Part shown: positions 40,366 through 49,662 of the stretch, one piece after another
Layout of the letters: every line of letters starts with the position of its first letter
Position numbering within the stretch: the stretch's first letter is position 1
Assembly (NCBI GenBank): GCA_965231155.1
Contig: OZ246418.1
Location: 42,266 to 106,265 of the forward strand
DNA length: 64,000 nt
Reading direction: 5' to 3'
Origin: an uncultured Candidatus Saccharibacteria bacterium
GTDB lineage: Bacteria; Patescibacteriota; Minisyncoccia; UBA6257; 2-01-FULL-56-20
Notes under the pieces: generated by a model
The model's input: the letters and a program-made list of their open reading frames with translations, nothing else
Databases searched by the model: none
Told to the model about the DNA's origin: nothing
Made by a program: the position numbers and the translations under genes

Positions 40366-41178
40366 CTACTCCCCAAATCCATTTTCGACCTTTTCAATAA
40401 ACCCTTCCTTTATAAATGTTTTTCCAGACTCTACCCCAATGCCACTTAGTTTATAGTGGAATTCTCCGAATCCAGGCACGCGATTACAATACTGTCTCTC
40501 CCCTTTTTTAAGATTGTAGAGAGAATGAGATGAAGCTCTTAGTGGGTCATCGAACTCAAAAAGAAAGTTATGAGTCATCAGCCTCCAAAGAGTCCCATTT
40601 TCACTAATACTGAATTCGATATTCTTAATATCCTCAGTCCCATCGTTAAAAAGTTCGAGCATCTTATAACTACGATTAAGACCAAATCTAACATCCACAC
40701 TCGGAATCCGATCGAATTGCAATCCCGCCGTAATAGCTGGAAAATCAGGGTGAATCTGGGAGTGTTTCATAAATAACGGAGCTAACACTTGAGCGGTTAA
40801 AGTCCCCGAGCTCCACTTGTACGAAGCGGCTTCTTCTCGAATAAGATCAATGACCTCAACCGGCAAATCATCTGGAGTGATGAACATCCACTCCTTAATT
40901 CGTAGGCCAATCTTTTTTTGACTTATAGCTTCAGCTAGCTTGCCGATATCTTCTCTTATTTTATTCCGATACTGAGAAAGTTCTTTACGCTCGGGATACA
41001 TCGGACAGTAAACTGCGCAAACAATCTGCTCATTTTTAATGTAACCGTCCACTCCCGAATCATGCCACTCTTTAAGACTTTGAAAGTTCTTTCCGTACTC
41101 AGCTCCTAAGACAGTATTTACCAATCTTTTAAACTCAATCGGATCTTCTATTTTCCGGATACGTGCGTATATATTCAT
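40366..41178 (-). CDS. Hypothetical protein with an N-terminal restriction-endonuclease-like domain
   Basis: F..LV..VL...DSGVDGY...Y.P...KI.ED...W.FIT pattern. Confidence 0.5.
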   Translation of the reverse strand: MNIYARIRKIEDPIEFKRLVNTVLGAEYGKNFQSLKEWHDSGVDGYIKNEQIVCAVYCPMYPERKELSQYRNKIREDIGKLAEAISQKKIGLRIKEWMFITPDDLPVEVIDLIREEAASYKWSSGTLTAQVLAPLFMKHSQIHPDFPAITAGLQFDRIPSVDVRFGLNRSYKMLELFNDGTEDIKNIEFSISENGTLWRLMTHNFLFEFDDPLRASSHSLYNLKKGERQYCNRVPGFGEFHYKLSGIGVESGKTFIKEGFIEKVENGFGE

Positions 41179-41332
41179 AGGTTGGAGTGATTATATTCCT
41201 ACCCCATCTCAATATCCAGTTGAAAGACTGGACGAAGAGCTGTCGACAACTCCCCCTTCGCAAGGTCCCAGATCTAAGCTAGGAATGGACAAGAAAGGTC
41301 GAAAATCGGTACAATTCCTTTACAACTAAATA

Positions 41333-41530
41333 GCCGTAAGGCAGAGACCTAAACCCTCGGAGCAATCCGGCGGCATGGTCTACGAAGTCCCTTGGAAGAC
41401 ACTGAACCCCGCGTTCAGCGACTCTTCCAAGGGCCATACTGGGAAACTGGTATGGGGTCGTAAGACCTAGCTGATGCGGGGTTTAGTGTTTCTCCACCCC
41501 GCAAGACATAAACCACCTCTGTCGGGGTGA
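41333..41530 (+). ncRNA. Structured RNA candidate (C4/CI-antisense-like cloverleaf with GNRA loops)
   Basis: Four GNRA-capped hairpins plus long-range pairing of 41395-41419 with 41470-41492. Confidence 0.55.
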
Positions 41531-41548
41531 ATACTATTTATTAATTTT

Positions 41549-42229
41549 ATGCGTCTCATCTACGAAGAACCGCAGTCCATGGGAGGAGTTCTCAAAATCT
41601 ACGAGGACAAGATCGTCTACAAATCCGCCTATCTCAACCCAGAACAAACAATCCTTACCAAGCAAATTGTTTCCGTAAATCTTTCTGCTTTGCTACCTCA
41701 AGTGATTTTGGAAATGACGGGTAATCAGAAAGTTTCCATCACCACTAGCGACAAAGAAAAGATCCGAGAAACTATTCTGGATGTCATTAGTGGGACCGCC
41801 AAACCCCACCACGCAGAAGAAGTTTCTCCAGTCAGTGAACCAGAGCAACAGGAAGAAAAACCAGAACATGATGCTACCAAGAAGAAATGGGCGATATTTG
41901 GATTTGTCATTATCCTCATATGCGTAGTCGGAATATTCACAAGCGGGAGTAATTCATCACTAGTCTCTTCACTTCAAGGGAATAGATTTATGGCCGCCGC
42001 CGAAGCCGAGGGCTACGCCAAAGATCTACTTCGAAAAGAAGGATACTTAAATATAAAGCTTGGATCTTTCCCGACGATTAACGAGAATCCAGAAAAGACC
42101 ACATTCTATATCGAAAATACCTTCTCGGCAGAGATCTATGCCCGAGGTATACAAGGGACTTATGTAGCCATCGTTTCCTTCGCCCATGGTTCATATGAAG
42201 TAACAGATATCGCTTTCGAGAGAGACTAA
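41549..42229 (+). CDS. Hypothetical protein: PH-like N-terminus, single TM, extracellular domain
   Basis: Beta-rich N-terminus, acidic linker, TM KKKWAIFGFVIILICVVG. Confidence 0.65.
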   Translation: MRLIYEEPQSMGGVLKIYEDKIVYKSAYLNPEQTILTKQIVSVNLSALLPQVILEMTGNQKVSITTSDKEKIRETILDVISGTAKPHHAEEVSPVSEPEQQEEKPEHDATKKKWAIFGFVIILICVVGIFTSGSNSSLVSSLQGNRFMAAAEAEGYAKDLLRKEGYLNIKLGSFPTINENPEKTTFYIENTFSAEIYARGIQGTYVAIVSFAHGSYEVTDIAFERD

Positions 42230-42233
42230 TTTC

Positions 42234-42620
42234 TTAAGAGATTGGAGGATCATCTCTATCCTTATCCAGTCGCGCCACATCTTCGAGAAGTTTCTTGAAC
42301 AATTCAGTTGCCTCTCTCATCTGCGAATTATTTTCCTCCCGGGATCTCATGTAGCGAGGATGGTTGTTATCGAGATAATACTTCGTCGCGGGAAAACTCC
42401 CTTTTTGAGCCATGACTAAGAGATTCCCTTCCATGAGATCGTTCTTATTATCCCTGCCACGTCCTAGGGCCTTGCCCATCTCCCTATCAAATCGAGAATC
42501 CCCATCTCTCCATCGGTAAATATGCGCTCGCGAGATACCGGCACGCTTCGAAGCAATACTGATATTGGCAGTTTCCTCTAGGACCTCCAGAAACTTCTTT
42601 TTATCCGCATGGCTTTTCAT
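42234..42620 (-). CDS. HTH protein, terminase-small-subunit-like
   Basis: KKFLE.L....NISIA.K.AGISR..IYRWR..D..F...A.KYYL. Confidence 0.65.
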   Translation of the reverse strand: MKSHADKKKFLEVLEETANISIASKRAGISRAHIYRWRDGDSRFDREMGKALGRGRDNKNDLMEGNLLVMAQKGSFPATKYYLDNNHPRYMRSREENNSQMREATELFKKLLEDVARLDKDRDDPPIS

Positions 42621-43956
42621 CTATTTTTACCGCTTTTTCTCCCGTTAGTTTTTCCCATCTTTTCTTGATCACCTCGGCGTAGATTGGCTGCTTCTCCATG
42701 AGATAGCATCGTCGCTTCATCCGGGTGGCGGCAATAAGCGTACTGCCACTTCCTCCAAAGGGTTCAACGATCAGATCGCCACGCTTGGTAAGGACTTTGA
42801 TGTAGGGAATAAGAATCTCCAATGGCTTTGTCCCGAATATAATCCCCTGTCCCGAGCTTTTCTCATCTGATGCCTTGTACCCTATGAAATCAGTTGGCTG
42901 GATCTTCTTCCCATGTTCGTAGCCTTCCCACTGGGGCTTCCCGGAGATGGCATAGAGGGCCGTTTCATATTCTTCTTGGAGGAGCTGATCTTCTGGTTCC
43001 ATGTGCATGTTCTCTTTGTCTTCTGAACTTCCAACCATAGCGATATCGTGCTTAGAGAAGAACTTGTACTTGGCCGCGAACCCTTGGGTACGGTTAGGTA
43101 GGTGCCACACGATCATGTTTTTGACCTTCCAGTACTTTTCCATCTCACCCCAGATGATCCGGAGATTCTTCCAATTCTCGTAGACAATGATGTGGAAGTT
43201 CGGCTTGGCAATCTCGGCGATGTTCGCCATCCAGAGTTCAGTGAAGTTGGATGGCAAGGTATCGGTGCCAATATATCTACGATCACGCTTCAAGCCAAAG
43301 CCTTCGATTGCTTCACCATGCTTCTTCTTGCCCTTCAGATAGTCGAGAATGTACGGTGGGTCAGTGAAACACATGTCGGCTCGTTCCTCCCCCATGAGCT
43401 TCAAGACGTCATCTCTCTCCATACTGTCCCCGCACATGAGACGCGAACCGCCAAGATCATAAACATCACCAAGCTTGGTCTCGATACTGTTGATATCCAA
43501 CTTCTCTAGTTCTTTCTGGATATCAAAGACTTCTGGCGTTTCTTCTTCCGGAAAGATGTCATCTAACTCTTCACTTGAGAAACCAATGTCCTTCAGTAAC
43601 GACTCATCGAACTCGGCCAACAAGGAGAGGTCGAACTCTCCGGTATTCTTGTTGAGCCGGATGATCAACTCTTCTTCTTTCTTCAGATCAGCAATGTGGA
43701 CATAAACGACGGGGATCTCCTCGAGGCCCATCGACTTCGCAACCTCGAAACGGAAGTTGCCGCCCACGATCACCCCCTCCCGACCCTCGGCCGAGTTGAC
43801 GATCAAAGGATCAACTAACCCATGCTGCTCGATACTTTCCCTCAACTGCGCCGTGGCCTCCTTAGACCAGACTCGTGGATTCCGTTCCGGATGTCGAAGG
43901 GACGACAAGGGAACATAACTAACCTGCAGCTTATCGCTGCTTTGTGTTGTGTACAT
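42601..43956 (-). CDS. ParB-N fused N6/N4 DNA methyltransferase (beta class)
   Basis: NPR, G.VDPLIVN, GN.R (ParB); FTDPPY, TKP, PFGGSGSTL (methyltransferase). Confidence 0.9.
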   Translation of the reverse strand: MYTTQSSDKLQVSYVPLSSLRHPERNPRVWSKEATAQLRESIEQHGLVDPLIVNSAEGREGVIVGGNFRFEVAKSMGLEEIPVVYVHIADLKKEEELIIRLNKNTGEFDLSLLAEFDESLLKDIGFSSEELDDIFPEEETPEVFDIQKELEKLDINSIETKLGDVYDLGGSRLMCGDSMERDDVLKLMGEERADMCFTDPPYILDYLKGKKKHGEAIEGFGLKRDRRYIGTDTLPSNFTELWMANIAEIAKPNFHIIVYENWKNLRIIWGEMEKYWKVKNMIVWHLPNRTQGFAAKYKFFSKHDIAMVGSSEDKENMHMEPEDQLLQEEYETALYAISGKPQWEGYEHGKKIQPTDFIGYKASDEKSSGQGIIFGTKPLEILIPYIKVLTKRGDLIVEPFGGSGSTLIAATRMKRRCYLMEKQPIYAEVIKKRWEKLTGEKAVKIDEKPCG

Positions 43957-44297
43957 AAGTTTATATGAACTATTACTTTTTTCCGACAGATATCTACAAC
44001 TGAAAGAACAACCTAGACACCATTTTCAATTTTTTAATTAGCAACCTACCAACGAAGATGTCCGCAATGTAAAAAAGCATTACCAGACATAAATTTTCCA
44101 TTTTCCATATTTATTTTGTCTGTACAATGCTCCTTTACGCTGCAGGCATATAAAGAAGCTATCTCGCGTGCTCTTCCGATAAGGAAGCGCTCTATGATTC
44201 ACGTTACTTTTATTCGACCTTTAGGGTTATTATAGTGTGCTAGATAGTTCTGGCAAGTGCTATTGTGCACAACTCTCCCCCGTGATACTCTTATCCC

Positions 44298-44639
44298 ATG
44301 AAGCTTTCTGAGCTTACCGCTAAGATACGGAGTCTTCCGGCCAAACAACAAGTTGGCTTATGGGTCATCCTCAATAAATTCCACAAAGAAAAGGGAACTT
44401 GGTTTACGACGGGCGACTTCTCTCTAGAAATGCAGAACTACCTCACTCCCGATGATCCTAATCGGTTAGCCAGGATTATGGGTGGCATTATGAGTAGCTT
44501 GTTAAGAAACGGAGTTATTGAACAATTCACCGGCGGACAGAAACCAGTCTGGACGGTCTCCCCTCAAATCCATAAGTATGCAAAAGAAATAAAAGATTCT
44601 ATCTTCCCTGTAATCACCTACTGGGAAGAAGGACGGTAG
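44298..44639 (+). CDS. Hypothetical protein, possible winged HTH
   Basis: GGIMSSLLRNGVIE...PVWTV helix-plus-wing pattern. Confidence 0.55.
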   Translation: MKLSELTAKIRSLPAKQQVGLWVILNKFHKEKGTWFTTGDFSLEMQNYLTPDDPNRLARIMGGIMSSLLRNGVIEQFTGGQKPVWTVSPQIHKYAKEIKDSIFPVITYWEEGR

Positions 44640-44643
44640 ATTC

Positions 44644-45117
44644 TTACCAAACTTTCTTACTGGCTAGCTTCGGAAACGCTAACGTGAAGAGTCCCAGTAA
44701 GACGCTGGTAATTAAAAAATAAAACAAGAAAGACGGTAGGATCATTATGATCCATATCGAATTAACGTAGGCGGCGGTGTTCACCTGAAGTGAAAACTGA
44801 GACATCGGTATTGGGCCCTTCGCAACTAGCGTAAATAACGTCGGGATACAAAAACTTGCAATCCCAAGAAGCAATAACCAATTCAGTGTCTGTAAAACCA
44901 ACTTAAGTGGTGGAAGCAACTTCACTATCTGGAAGCAAACATAACTCCCAATATAGAATCCGATTAATGGAGAAAATATAAACGCATTCTTCTTTTCTTC
45001 TGGAGAACCTCCGACGATATCGAAATAAGTGAGCATGAGGACTGCAAAAAACATCGCGATAGTCAGTGAAACCTCGAATCGCTTTTCCACGCCTTCGGTG
45101 AGCTCTTTCGTAGACAT
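44644..45117 (-). CDS. Hypothetical 4-TM membrane protein
   Basis: Four hydrophobic segments. Confidence 0.6.
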   Translation of the reverse strand: MSTKELTEGVEKRFEVSLTIAMFFAVLMLTYFDIVGGSPEEKKNAFIFSPLIGFYIGSYVCFQIVKLLPPLKLVLQTLNWLLLLGIASFCIPTLFTLVAKGPIPMSQFSLQVNTAAYVNSIWIIMILPSFLFYFLITSVLLGLFTLAFPKLASKKVW

Positions 45118-45131
45118 CAAAGTGTTGGATG

Positions 45132-45332
45132 CTAGAACCACCGTTTCACCCCCTTGTGATGAGAACAAGTTCCTTGGCGAGTTTTACTCGTGCTGTACGT
45201 TCCATCTTTACACTGGGCGGTAATACGCGGCTGTTTATATACGGGAATGGAAGTCTTAGCCTGCACCGGAGAGGAAGCTGCTGGGATTAAGAGCATGCCA
45301 AGTGCCATGCCGAAAAACAACTTATTCTTCAT
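45132..45332 (-). CDS. Small secreted DUF3761-like protein
   Basis: Signal peptide; TAQCKDGTYS.S..RQGTCSHHKGV..W. Confidence 0.8.
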   Translation of the reverse strand: MKNKLFFGMALGMLLIPAASSPVQAKTSIPVYKQPRITAQCKDGTYSTSKTRQGTCSHHKGVKRWF

Positions 45333-45431
45333 GCCCTCATCCTACTCCTTTAAGGCTTCCTGACAAGCTGTGTCGCACAATCATATGTTGTATGACCACA
45401 CAATAAGCTATTAGAATGGTCCTATAAGGGC

Positions 45432-46025
45432 ATGGAAATTGATATAAGATTTTACTTAGGAATTATTGCGGGGGTAATTTCATTTGGTGCGTACCTTATT
45501 TATTTCCGCTCAATACTAAAAGGTGAGTCAAAGCCTAACCGCGTTACCTGGTGGATCTGGACATTTATGGGAGCGATTCTTGCTTTGAGTTACTACTATT
45601 CTGGAGCAGAAAACACCATCTGGACGCCGATAGTTGAATTTATCGGTCCTTTCTTAACGGCGCTCCTCTCAATTAAATATGGAGAGGGAGGAACGGTGGA
45701 TAAGACAGATATAGTTTGCCTCTGTGGAGGGATAGTCAGCATCTTACTTTGGATTGTTACCGGAAATCCTGTCCTCGCTCTTATATTAAATCTTGCAATA
45801 GATCAGTTTGCGTTGATTCCCACGATGAAGAAATCATATCTACGACCCGAGGGAGAAAGCTTTTGGGCATGGGTTGGCACCAGCTTGGGAGATTTCGTAA
45901 ATATATTAGCGATAGAGAAATTTACCTTTGCTGTTGTGGTTTACCCAATCTGGATGTTTATTGATGATGTGATTATCGTATGGTTCCTGGGAATGGGTAA
46001 AAGAAAAGCAAGAAATAGAACATGA
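45432..46025 (+). CDS. Hypothetical membrane protein with two PQ-loop/SWEET-like halves
   Basis: Y...ILKG..KP...TW.IW and PT.KK....P..E....W repeats. Confidence 0.65.
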   Translation: MEIDIRFYLGIIAGVISFGAYLIYFRSILKGESKPNRVTWWIWTFMGAILALSYYYSGAENTIWTPIVEFIGPFLTALLSIKYGEGGTVDKTDIVCLCGGIVSILLWIVTGNPVLALILNLAIDQFALIPTMKKSYLRPEGESFWAWVGTSLGDFVNILAIEKFTFAVVVYPIWMFIDDVIIVWFLGMGKRKARNRT

Positions 46026-46046
46026 AACTTGCGGAACCGAGAGTGA

Positions 46047-47264
46047 TCACTGACGCTTCACTCCCGCTCTCCAAAATAGTCCTAGAAGAATTGTGCCTAC
46101 TCCCGCAACGATAAGGGCAGTAGTAGAAAAACCCATAATATCAAGCAGGATACCAAGAAGAAGTGGGGCAGTCAGATCGCCAAGGTTAATAATCCCTTCG
46201 AAGGCACTCCCCCGTTCGCCGTAGGTAGCCGGTGAACTGAATGATGTTACCAAACCTTTCTGGATGATAGCGAACCACTCAAGAACAATTCCCAAAATAA
46301 AGCTGGCCAGAAGCTTGAACCCATAATCCGGAAAAAGCACGAGACCGATCGTAACTCCTACAATGGTTACCAAGCCCAGAGCAATCAACTGATATTTATT
46401 ATGATGATCGGCAACTTTTCCCAGTGCATATCCAAATAGTGATGGGATAGTCCCTACGATACCCAACAGAATCACCATGGCCGGTTGAGCACCATCAATA
46501 TAAGCATCGATCGGAATAAAGAAGGAGATCAAAGTGCCAATAAGGGAAGAAAAGAACATAAGGGTACCCAGAAGGCGCAGATCTCCATTCCAACTGATCC
46601 ATTCCTGAATGGCCATCCGATAGGAAGCGAGCACTGAAGCTTTTCCGGATTCCGCAACCGGAGGTACTACATCGTCTGGAGCTTTCAAGGCTATAAAGAA
46701 GGCCAGCAATGCAAACGGAATAATTCCCCCAAGTAAGTAGTAAATTGGTACAAATTTGACTAGGGCCATACCAATCAAGGCTGAGCCGATCCAACCAAAG
46801 TTAGCGACCATATCCATGTATCCAAAAGATGAGTTCACATCAGTCGAATCGGTACTCCGGCGATAATAGGTATCCACCCCAATATTATTCATGCTCCACC
46901 CTATGCCGTTCACTACCCGAGCAAATACCACAAAGATTGCCATCCCAGTCATCCCCGCAAGCAGATAACCAAAACCTACCAACGGATATAGGAGTAAAGA
47001 AAAAAGGATTATTTTCTTGGCGGAACTCCGGTCGGCCCACTCACCGACTAAAGGAAGACATAGCAAACCGGTAATGTCTATAAGGGAACGAAAAAGCCCC
47101 GCTTCCGCGAATGTCTGAGAAAAATGGAATAAAAAAAGCGGGATAAGAGACTCGCCAAATCCCCAGCCAATCCAATGAGCCGTACGAGCCCAAGCAATGA
47201 TCCGCACCCCTTGGGATAGTGATCCTTTCTTGTGTTTGCGGGAGAAGGCACCGTGCAGTGACAT
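46047..47264 (-). CDS. MFS transporter
   Basis: About 12 TM; G.WADR...K and GKVAD...K motif-A-like loops. Confidence 0.85.
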   Translation of the reverse strand: MSLHGAFSRKHKKGSLSQGVRIIAWARTAHWIGWGFGESLIPLFLFHFSQTFAEAGLFRSLIDITGLLCLPLVGEWADRSSAKKIILFSLLLYPLVGFGYLLAGMTGMAIFVVFARVVNGIGWSMNNIGVDTYYRRSTDSTDVNSSFGYMDMVANFGWIGSALIGMALVKFVPIYYLLGGIIPFALLAFFIALKAPDDVVPPVAESGKASVLASYRMAIQEWISWNGDLRLLGTLMFFSSLIGTLISFFIPIDAYIDGAQPAMVILLGIVGTIPSLFGYALGKVADHHNKYQLIALGLVTIVGVTIGLVLFPDYGFKLLASFILGIVLEWFAIIQKGLVTSFSSPATYGERGSAFEGIINLGDLTAPLLLGILLDIMGFSTTALIVAGVGTILLGLFWRAGVKRQ

Positions 47265-47272
47265 AGCCTCGA

Positions 47273-47914
47273 TTATATCATCTGTTCCGTATATCCCAAT
47301 TCGATAAGTCGCTCATAAGCTTTCCAAATATCGTCTGGAATTTCCTGAGCAATTTGGAATCCATTTTCGCCATAGAGTTTGATTCGCTGAAGATCGCCAA
47401 CCATAATGTTTATAACATCTTCTTTGGAGCGAAGATGGTCGGGATACTCTTCGAATGATATCGGCGGCGAAGTCACAATGACATCTTTCTCCGGCCATCG
47501 TTTTCTGAAAGTAGCATACGATCGTCGCTCCATGTACGGTTTCTGGACGACAATAAACTTTTGTAGGTCAATTCCTTTTTCTTCTAAGAGCTTCCTTGTG
47601 AATAAAATATTCTCTCCGGTATTCGTAGACTTGTTTTCTACGATGATCTTATCTTCGGGAACTCCCATTTTGATTGCAATTTCTGCGAACCTATCCCCTT
47701 CTGTTTTATCCCATAATCCTTCGGTTAGTCTGCCTAGACCACCGGAGAAGATAATCAGCGGTGCCCAGTCTTCGAGAAGCAGTTTGCTGGCATATTCCGC
47801 CACTCGTTCGTCGTGACTCCCGAGGACTAAAATACATTCAGCTTTTTCGAGCTTCTGATTCATGTGGTGGTAGTCCCAAATCTTTTTGGCGAGAGTCTCA
47901 ATTTCGGATTCCAT
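47273..47914 (-). CDS. YdcF/DUF218 (ElyC/SanA-like) protein
   Basis: ILVLG, FSGG, E.KSTNTGEN, VQKPYMERR. Confidence 0.88.
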   Translation of the reverse strand: MESEIETLAKKIWDYHHMNQKLEKAECILVLGSHDERVAEYASKLLLEDWAPLIIFSGGLGRLTEGLWDKTEGDRFAEIAIKMGVPEDKIIVENKSTNTGENILFTRKLLEEKGIDLQKFIVVQKPYMERRSYATFRKRWPEKDVIVTSPPISFEEYPDHLRSKEDVINIMVGDLQRIKLYGENGFQIAQEIPDDIWKAYERLIELGYTEQMI

Positions 47915-47916
47915 AT

Positions 47917-48243
47917 CTATTTCTGATTTTCTAATCTGTCCATTTCTTGCATAATCAAGCCATAAAGATCCTCCTCTCCTTCCTGATGAGCTTGGAGTCT
48001 GGTCTCTTCATAGGTTTCCAATGCTTCTTCCTTGTAGCCAGCCGAGGCAAGCACAAAAGCTCGTTCGATATTCACAATGATGTTTGCTCTGCTGGTATTC
48101 ACTGCATCAGCAATTCTTTCTTGCTGGATGATGTAGTCGACAAATAATTGCCTTGCTTCAAGGTCTTCGATTTTCTTATTTCGAAGAGTCTCAATGACTT
48201 TCTCCTGACTAATGGTTTCCTGATTAGGAATGGATTCTTTCAT
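47917..48243 (-). CDS. Hypothetical helical protein
   Basis: ORF coupled to neighbours (TAATG overlap). Confidence 0.6.
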   Translation of the reverse strand: MKESIPNQETISQEKVIETLRNKKIEDLEARQLFVDYIIQQERIADAVNTSRANIIVNIERAFVLASAGYKEEALETYEETRLQAHQEGEEDLYGLIMQEMDRLENQK

Positions 48244-48506
48244 TAGACGTGGCTGATGGATTGATGGCTCTCTTTACGCCATTCTCTCCGTAAAGATACA
48301 AGGTCGAGGTTCTGTTTTTCTAATTCAAACTGTTGTACAAAAACCGGAAACCAATTATCGGAAGAAGTAGGTCTACCTTCTCCATCGTAGGCTGCGTTTC
48401 CTTTTCTTTTGCTTTGAAAGTTCATGGTTCCGAAACTCTCTGAGTCGGTATTAGTAAAGAAGACTTCTCCTTGTTGAGTTTCGGGATGCATGAACTCTTT
48501 AACCAT
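48243..48506 (-). CDS. Hypothetical protein
   Basis: HPE...GEVF.TN...KRKG..AYD..G...PVFV; TATAAT just upstream. Confidence 0.6.
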   Translation of the reverse strand: MVKEFMHPETQQGEVFFTNTDSESFGTMNFQSKRKGNAAYDGEGRPTSSDNWFPVFVQQFELEKQNLDLVSLRREWRKESHQSISHV

Positions 48507-48558
48507 TCCCCTATTATATCACTGGTTCAACTCCGAGCATCTAAACAAATAAAAAAAC

Positions 48559-49224
48559 CTATACCCGATTTCCAAATATAGGCTTTTTCTTTTTTGCCAC
48601 AATGAAATTATTTAAACGATAAGAAAATACTCTCTCTATATTAAATCCTGCCCCTTCTAAGAGCTTGCCCAACTCAGTTTGATCGTACACATGTTTTTGA
48701 ATCTCGAAAATTGGTCCCAGATATCGGAAAATAAGTTTTCCCAAAAAAGTATCGGCTCCGGGATCGGCCAAAAGAAATCTCCCCTCCCCTCGTAATACGC
48801 GAAATATTTCTCGAAGCGTCTGCTCCGGATTCCAAAAGTGGTGAAAAGCCTCGGATGAAATAACAAGATCGAATGATTCTTTTTCAAAGGGCATAGACTC
48901 CACACCGCCCAGGACGAAGGAAGTAGTGGCGGTGCCCTCTGTCTTCCTCTTTGCCTCGGCGACCATCTGAGGCGAGGCGTCGATTCCCACAAACTGACTC
49001 TCTGGATATGCCCTTGCTAAACGGGCAAGAACCTCTCCCGTACCACAAGCCACATCAAGCACGCGAGACTGCCTGTGAATCAAATGCTCCCCCTCGATTA
49101 TTTCAATTAGTTTCTTATACAAAGGTTCAAAATAAAACCTGGAAATACGTGAGTCGTACTGGCTAGCCATGCGATTAAATAACGCCGTGGTCTTACTTTC
49201 AAATTTTATTTTTTGGTCGTCCAT
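48559..49224 (-). CDS. Class I SAM-dependent methyltransferase (UbiE-like)
   Basis: VLDVACGTG, GIDAS..M, FDLV, HHF, EIFRVL. Confidence 0.9.
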   Translation of the reverse strand: MDDQKIKFESKTTALFNRMASQYDSRISRFYFEPLYKKLIEIIEGEHLIHRQSRVLDVACGTGEVLARLARAYPESQFVGIDASPQMVAEAKRKTEGTATTSFVLGGVESMPFEKESFDLVISSEAFHHFWNPEQTLREIFRVLRGEGRFLLADPGADTFLGKLIFRYLGPIFEIQKHVYDQTELGKLLEGAGFNIERVFSYRLNNFIVAKKKKPIFGNRV

Positions 49225-49227
49225 GTT

Positions 49228-49662
49228 TTACCAGTTTTTACAGCACTCAATAATTTTTTGACCAATTCTCCGCCAACGAGGATGCGCGTATAAAACAAAG
49301 ATGCCACCGAATATTATCCATAACCCGACAAGGAGAGGCATGGTTAAATTTATATCCGTCGTTTGCTTTCCGATCAGCCAGTAGGCAGTCGCAAAGAAAG
49401 TAAGGAGTGTCGGAAATTTGAAGATCTGATACTTCTCGGAAGCCTTAGAAAAAAGATAGTACATTCCCCCGACTGCGCTTCCCCCGAGGAGAATACCAAG
49501 AAGAATCGGATCGCCCTCTTCGTAAAACCAGTAATTATAGAGGAGAATGAGCCACGTCAAACTAACCGAAATACAAAGGGCGCATATTTTTTTACTAACA
49601 ATCTCTCGGGCAAGTAACCCCAGAAGAAAAAAACCGATAAGAATGACGACGGCAAAGGTCAT
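49228..49662 (-). CDS. Membrane protein with CxxC and C-terminal CC, in the copper operon
   Basis: ICALC, GGSAVG, IIECCKNW. Confidence 0.7.
   Translation of the reverse strand: MTFAVVILIGFFLLGLLAREIVSKKICALCISVSLTWLILLYNYWFYEEGDPILLGILLGGSAVGGMYYLFSKASEKYQIFKFPTLLTFFATAYWLIGKQTTDINLTMPLLVGLWIIFGGIFVLYAHPRWRRIGQKIIECCKNW

Noticed and set aside
42234-43956. Intact prophage
   Set aside because: Only a methyltransferase and a small HTH are present; no large terminase, portal, capsid or tail genes.
48521-48540. GGTTCAACTCC as a tRNA 3' remnant (attR of the island)
   Set aside because: The flanks do not form a T-stem and do not match the tRNA-Gln 3' end.
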